A stretch of DNA of 32,000 nt from Pseudomonas aeruginosa (GTDB taxonomy: Bacteria > Pseudomonadota > Gammaproteobacteria > Pseudomonadales > Pseudomonadaceae), in contig NZ_LN831024.1 in assembly GCF_001457615.1 (NCBI RefSeq), forward strand, positions 5,910,001 to 5,942,000, given 5' to 3'. Shown here in pieces: positions 27,789-32,000 of this stretch. The notes under the pieces are model-generated. The model made no database searches, had not been told where the DNA came from, and saw only the letters and a list, made by a program, of their open reading frames with translations. Position 1 is the stretch's first letter. Each line of letters begins with the position of its first letter. The position numbers and the translations under genes are program-made.

Positions 27789-30539
27789 TCAGTCCTCCTG
27801 CTTCTTCAGGCAGGCCACGCTGAGCAGGGTCAGCACCACGATGGAAGCGGCAAGCGGCAGGTAGTAGGCCCAGAGATCGGACAGGCCCAGCGATTTGGAA
27901 AAGGCGCCGCGGCTGACCACCAGGAAATGCGAGGTCGGATAGAGCTTGCCGATCCAGGCCGCCGCACCCTCCAGCGAGGACACCGGGTGGATCAGCCCGG
28001 AGAACTGGATCGCCGGGATCATGGTGGCGATCGCCACGCCGAATACAGCGGCGATCTGGCTGCGCATGAACGTCGAGAGGAACAGCCCGAGGCCAGTGCT
28101 GGTGACCACATAGAGGAAAGCGCCGATGGTCAACGCCAGGAAGCTCCCCTTGAGCGGCACGCGAAATACCACGATGGCCAGGACCAGCATCAGCAGGAAG
28201 TTGATCATGCCCATGGCGACGTAGGGCAGCTGCTTGCCGACCAGGAACTCCAGGCGCGTCACCGGGGTGACATAGAGGTTGGTGATCGAACCCAGTTCCT
28301 TTTCGCGCACCACGCCGAGGGCGGTGAGCATGGCCGGGATCATGATCAGCAGCAGCGGGATCACCGCCGGCACCATCGCCTTCAGGCTTTCCACGTCGGG
28401 GTTGTAGCGATAGCGCACCTCGGTGCTGGCCGCCGCGCTGGCCTCGGCCCCACCCGCCTGCCGCGAGAGGTCCGCCAGGTAGCTGGTGTGCAGACCCTGC
28501 ACGTAGCCGAGCACGGTGTTGGCACGGGTCGGCATCGCTCCGTCGATCCACACGCCGATGGCCGGATCGGAGCCACGCTTGAGATCGCGCCCGAAGTTCG
28601 GCGGAATCTCCACCGCCAGGCTCAGCTCGCCGCTGCGCAGGCGCCGGTCGAGGTCGTCCGGGTCGGTGATCGGCGCATGTTCGACGAAATAGCGCGAGCC
28701 GGCGATGTTCAGCGCGTAGGCCTGGCTGGTGGTGGTCTGGTCACGGTCGAGGACCGCCCAGGAGAGGTCCTCGACGTCCATGTTGATGCCATAGCCGATG
28801 ATGAACATCAGCAGCGCGGTGCCGAGCAGGGCCAGGGTCAGGCGGATCGGGTCGCGGCGCAGCTCCATGGCTTCGCGGCGCGCATAGCTGAACAGCCGCA
28901 GGGGGCTGAAGCGTTCGCGTTGCGCCTGGCGCTCCTGGCCATCGCCGGGCTGCTCCGCGACGGCCGGCGCCTCGGCCGGTTGCGCTGGCGCGGCGGCACC
29001 CGCGGCTTCCTCCAGGTAAGCGATGAAGGTCGCTTCCAGGGTCGGCAGACCACGCTGGCGCACCAGCTCATCGGGAGTATCGCTGGCCAGTACCTTGCCG
29101 GCATGCATCAGCGAGATGCGATCGCAGCGCTGAGCCTCGTTCATGAAGTGGGTGGAAATGAAGATGGTCACCCCGTCGCGGCGCGACAGCTCGACCATCA
29201 GCTCCCAGAAGCCGTCGCGAGCCACCGGGTCGACCCCCGAAGTGGGCTCGTCGAGGATCAGGATTTCCGGCTTGTGGATCACCGCCACCGCCAGCGACAG
29301 ACGCTGGCGAATGCCCAGCGGCAGGTCGTTGGGCAGCTCGTCGGCCACCTTCTCCAGGTCGAAGCGCCGGAGCATTTCGCCGACCCGTGCCGGGATGCCA
29401 TCCGCCGGCAGGTGGAACAGCCGGGCGTGCAACACCAGGTTCTGCCACACGCTCAGCTCGGCATACAGGGAAAAGGCCTGGGACATGTAGCCGACCCGGC
29501 GACGGGTCGCCATGTCGCTGGCGTCCACCGGCTGGCCGAACAGCGCGCACGTGCCTTCGCTGGCCGGCAGCAGGCCGGTGAGCATCTTCATGGTGGTGGA
29601 CTTGCCGCAGCCGTTGGAGCCGAGAAAGCCGAAGATTTCCCCACGCTCGATACGGAAGCTGACGTGATCGACCGCGACGAAGTCGCCGAAACGACAGGTC
29701 AGGCCCTCGGCCTCGATGGCGATCCGCGGCGCGCCTTCGCTCTGCGGTCGCGGCGGGATCACCAATCGATGGTGGCCGGCGCGCTTGCTTTCCGGCAGCA
29801 GGGCGATGAACGCCGATTCGAGGCTCTGCGTCCCGGTGCGCTCGCGCAGCTCCTGCGGCGTACCGGTGGCCAGGACCTTTCCGTCGTCCATCGCCACCAG
29901 CCAGTCGAAGCGCTCGGCTTCCTCCATGTAGGCGGTGGCGACCAGCACGCTCATGCCTTCGCGGCCCGCGCGGATACGGCCGATCAGCTCCCAGAACTGG
30001 TTGCGCGACAGCGGGTCGACGCCGGTGGTCGGCTCGTCGAGGATCAGCAGGTCGGGATCGTGGATCAGCGCGCAGCACAGCCCGAGCTTCTGCTTCATGC
30101 CGCCGGACAGCTTGCCCGCAGGACGCTCGGCGAACGGCGCCAATCCGGTGCTTTGCAGCAGATCGGCGATGCGCCGCTCGCGCTCGGCCTTGTCGTGGCC
30201 GAACAGCCGACCGAAGAAGTCGACGTTCTCGAACACCGAGAGCGTCGGGTAGAGGTTCTTGCCCAGCCCCTGGGGCATGTAGGCGATGCGCGGGCAGACC
30301 GCCCGGCGGTGGCGGCGGTCGCGCATGTCGCCATCGAGCACGCGGATCTCGCCATCCTGCATCTTCCGTGCGCCGGCCAGCAGCGCCAGCAGGCTGGACT
30401 TGCCGACCCCGTCCGGACCGATCAGGCCGACCATGCGGTTGGCCGGGATCTCCAGGCTGACGTCGTCCACCGCGCGCGTCTCGCCGTAGCGCAGCGAAAC
30501 GCCCCGGAGGCTCGCCACGCCGCTCCCGCCAGCGGTCAT
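27789..30539 (-). CDS. Double-NBD ABC ATPase fused to ABC-2 permease (RbbA/YhiH-like)
   Basis: Start [19 protein letters not shown] at 30539 (ATGA overlap with the upstream gene). Walker [17 protein letters not shown] and [19 protein letters not shown]; C-terminal module [24 protein letters not shown]... [31 protein letters not shown]. Confidence 0.92.
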   Translation of the reverse strand: MTAGGSGVASLRGVSLRYGETRAVDDVSLEIPANRMVGLIGPDGVGKSSLLALLAGARKMQDGEIRVLDGDMRDRRHRRAVCPRIAYMPQGLGKNLYPTLSVFENVDFFGRLFGHDKAERERRIADLLQSTGLAPFAERPAGKLSGGMKQKLGLCCALIHDPDLLILDEPTTGVDPLSRNQFWELIGRIRAGREGMSVLVATAYMEEAERFDWLVAMDDGKVLATGTPQELRERTGTQSLESAFIALLPESKRAGHHRLVIPPRPQSEGAPRIAIEAEGLTCRFGDFVAVDHVSFRIERGEIFGFLGSNGCGKSTTMKMLTGLLPASEGTCALFGQPVDASDMATRRRVGYMSQAFSLYAELSVWQNLVLHARLFHLPADGIPARVGEMLRRFDLEKVADELPNDLPLGIRQRLSLAVAVIHKPEILILDEPTSGVDPVARDGFWELMVELSRRDGVTIFISTHFMNEAQRCDRISLMHAGKVLASDTPDELVRQRGLPTLEATFIAYLEEAAGAAAPAQPAEAPAVAEQPGDGQERQAQRERFSPLRLFSYARREAMELRRDPIRLTLALLGTALLMFIIGYGINMDVEDLSWAVLDRDQTTTSQAYALNIAGSRYFVEHAPITDPDDLDRRLRSGELSLAVEIPPNFGRDLKRGSDPAIGVWIDGAMPTRANTVLGYVQGLHTSYLADLSRQAGGAEASAAASTEVRYRYNPDVESLKAMVPAVIPLLLIMIPAMLTALGVVREKELGSITNLYVTPVTRLEFLVGKQLPYVAMGMINFLLMLVLAIVVFRVPLKGSFLALTIGAFLYVVTSTGLGLFLSTFMRSQIAAVFGVAIATMIPAIQFSGLIHPVSSLEGAAAWIGKLYPTSHFLVVSRGAFSKSLGLSDLWAYYLPLAASIVVLTLLSVACLKKQED

Positions 30540-31609
30540 TGCGGAACCTTGATCTGCAGGTTGGCCGGCCACTCGACCTCAGGGTCCAGTCGCAGGTAGG
30601 CCATTCCGGGCACGCCGGTCTTGACGTAGGTGATGTATTTTTCCAGCAGCGCCGGATCGAGCCGCGCCTTGACCCGGAACATCAGCTTCTCCCGCTCGTT
30701 GGCGGTTTCCACCGTTTTCGGGGTGAACTGGGCGACGCTGGCGACATAGGAAACCTTGGCCGGGATCACGTAGTCCGGCACCGCGTCGATCACCAAGCGC
30801 ACTTCCTGGCCCAGTCCGACCCTACCGGCCTGCATGGATGGCAGGAAGAAAGTCATGTAGACGTCGGCCAGGTCGACCATGTTGAGGAGCTTGCCACCGG
30901 CCGGCAGCACTTCCCCCGGCTGTGCCACGCGGTACTGCACGCGGCCGTTGCGCGGCGCCTTGAGCAGGCTGTCGTCGATATCCGCCTGGAGCCGGGCGAC
31001 GCTGGCCTTGGCCGCCTCGATGGCCGACTGCGCCTCGATTACCTGGGAACGCCCGGCCTCGATCGCCGCCTGCGCCGAAATCACTTGCGAGCGTGCCGCG
31101 GACAACGCCGCCTGGGCGCTCTGCAGGGTCGCCCGATCGTCATCGAGTTGCTGTTGCGGCAGGGCATTGCGCTTGACCAGCGCCTCGGTACGGGTGAAGC
31201 GCTTCTGCGCCGCTGTCAGCTCGGCCTGGCGCTGCGCCACCACGGCCTGGGCAGTGCTCTTCTCGCTCTCGCGCTGGGCCACCAGCGAGGTCGCGGTGAG
31301 CTTGGCGTTCTCCGCCTGGCGCACCTGGGCCTGGGCCTGGGCCAACTGCGCCTCGAGCACCTGGGTATCCATCCGCGCGACGATTTCGCCGGCCTTGACG
31401 AAGTCGCCCTCGTCGACCTTGATCTCGGCGACCCGCCCGGGAAGCTTGGCCGCCACGTCCACCTCGGTGGCCTCGATGCGTCCGTTGCCGCTGGCGAATC
31501 CCTCGCCCAGGCCAGTCGGTCGCGATACCTGCCAGACCAGCACGCCTACGCCGAGCAGCGCCGCCACGATCAAGGCACGGCTCAGCCACCGTTTGCTTTC
31601 CTGTTTCAT
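30536..31609 (-). CDS. HlyD-family membrane fusion / periplasmic adaptor protein (YhiI-like)
   Basis: Start [31 protein letters not shown] at 31609; [39 protein letters not shown] biotinyl-lipoyl-like motif and long coiled coil. Confidence 0.92.
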   Translation of the reverse strand: MKQESKRWLSRALIVAALLGVGVLVWQVSRPTGLGEGFASGNGRIEATEVDVAAKLPGRVAEIKVDEGDFVKAGEIVARMDTQVLEAQLAQAQAQVRQAENAKLTATSLVAQRESEKSTAQAVVAQRQAELTAAQKRFTRTEALVKRNALPQQQLDDDRATLQSAQAALSAARSQVISAQAAIEAGRSQVIEAQSAIEAAKASVARLQADIDDSLLKAPRNGRVQYRVAQPGEVLPAGGKLLNMVDLADVYMTFFLPSMQAGRVGLGQEVRLVIDAVPDYVIPAKVSYVASVAQFTPKTVETANEREKLMFRVKARLDPALLEKYITYVKTGVPGMAYLRLDPEVEWPANLQIKVPQ

Positions 31610-31815
31610 CCCTTCTCCTCGCACGTCCGGCCAGGCCGCGGCGATGGCGCTCACGCTGGAAAGCGCGGCCGCCGCGGACTTCACTGGCTCGATTGTCCCT
31701 CCAGGGCGGCGCGCGGGTGTTGATGCACGTCAGACGCGCCCGACCGAATCTCACAGGAAAGCAGAATCGCCGGTGCCTCGCATCCGGGAGCGCGGGACAG
31801 AACGGATAGTTGACC

Positions 31816-32000
31816 TCAGGGCTGGACGATGAGGTTGTTGAACAGCAGGTCGGTCACCAGCGGCTTGCCCTCTTCCTGCTCGAGGGTCTGCTGGACCTGC
31901 TTCAGCGCCTCCTGGCGCAGGCTTTCCTTGGCCTCGACCGTACCCAGGCTCTGGTCGGTCTGCTGGGCGAACAGCATGATCAACTGGTTGCGGATCAAGG
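31816..32000 (-). CDS. Flagellar basal body-associated FliL-like protein, C-terminus only (gene starts beyond the window)
   Basis: RNQLIMLFAQQTDQSLGTVEAKESLRQEALKQVQQTLEQEEGKPLVTDLLFNNLIVQP*, typical FliL-like C-terminus. Confidence 0.7.
   Translation of the reverse strand, partial: LIRNQLIMLFAQQTDQSLGTVEAKESLRQEALKQVQQTLEQEEGKPLVTDLLFNNLIVQP

Noticed and set aside
26808-30599. 1263-aa + strand ORF
   Set aside because: Antisense shadow of the ABC fusion and HlyD-like genes. Composition is dominated by H/R/Q/D/G with no coherent domain, a common artefact in high-GC DNA.

Overview
This 32 kb, GC-rich, densely coded window looks like ordinary core chromosome of Pseudomonas aeruginosa. From memory, the gene order matches the PAO1 region around PA5204-PA5233; I could not verify this. 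I see no integrase, transposase, tRNA, CRISPR array, phage or obvious accessory island. Order: argA (partial, -), MarC-family protein (+), argE (-), PiT phosphate transporter plus DUF47 partner (-), CYTH/CHAD protein (+), orphan GspE/PilB-type ATPase (+), NfeD-like protein (+), DUF2388 protein (+), gcvP/gcvH/gcvT (-), Fe(III) ABC permease and binding protein (-), LysR regulator (-), MFS transporter (+), uncharacterised all-helical protein (+), the ubiI / DUF4442 thioesterase / ubiH / pepP / YgfB cluster (-), coiled-coil protein plus zapA plus 6S RNA plus 5-formyl-THF cyclo-ligase (+), a 43-aa small membrane ORF (-), EVE-domain protein (+), an ABC-2 exporter system (permease, double-NBD ATPase/permease fusion, HlyD-like protein, -) and a partial FliL-like gene (-). 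No clearly novel large system is evident. The best candidates for undescribed biology are the LysR / MFS / uncharacterised-protein locus (16360-19424), which has three helically phased TCGGT repeats in the divergent promoter and a five-fold AAN (Hfq/Crc-type) motif directly before the last gene's Shine-Dalgarno; the orphan secretion-type ATPase; the 43-aa small ORF; and the structured leaders in the gcv cluster.
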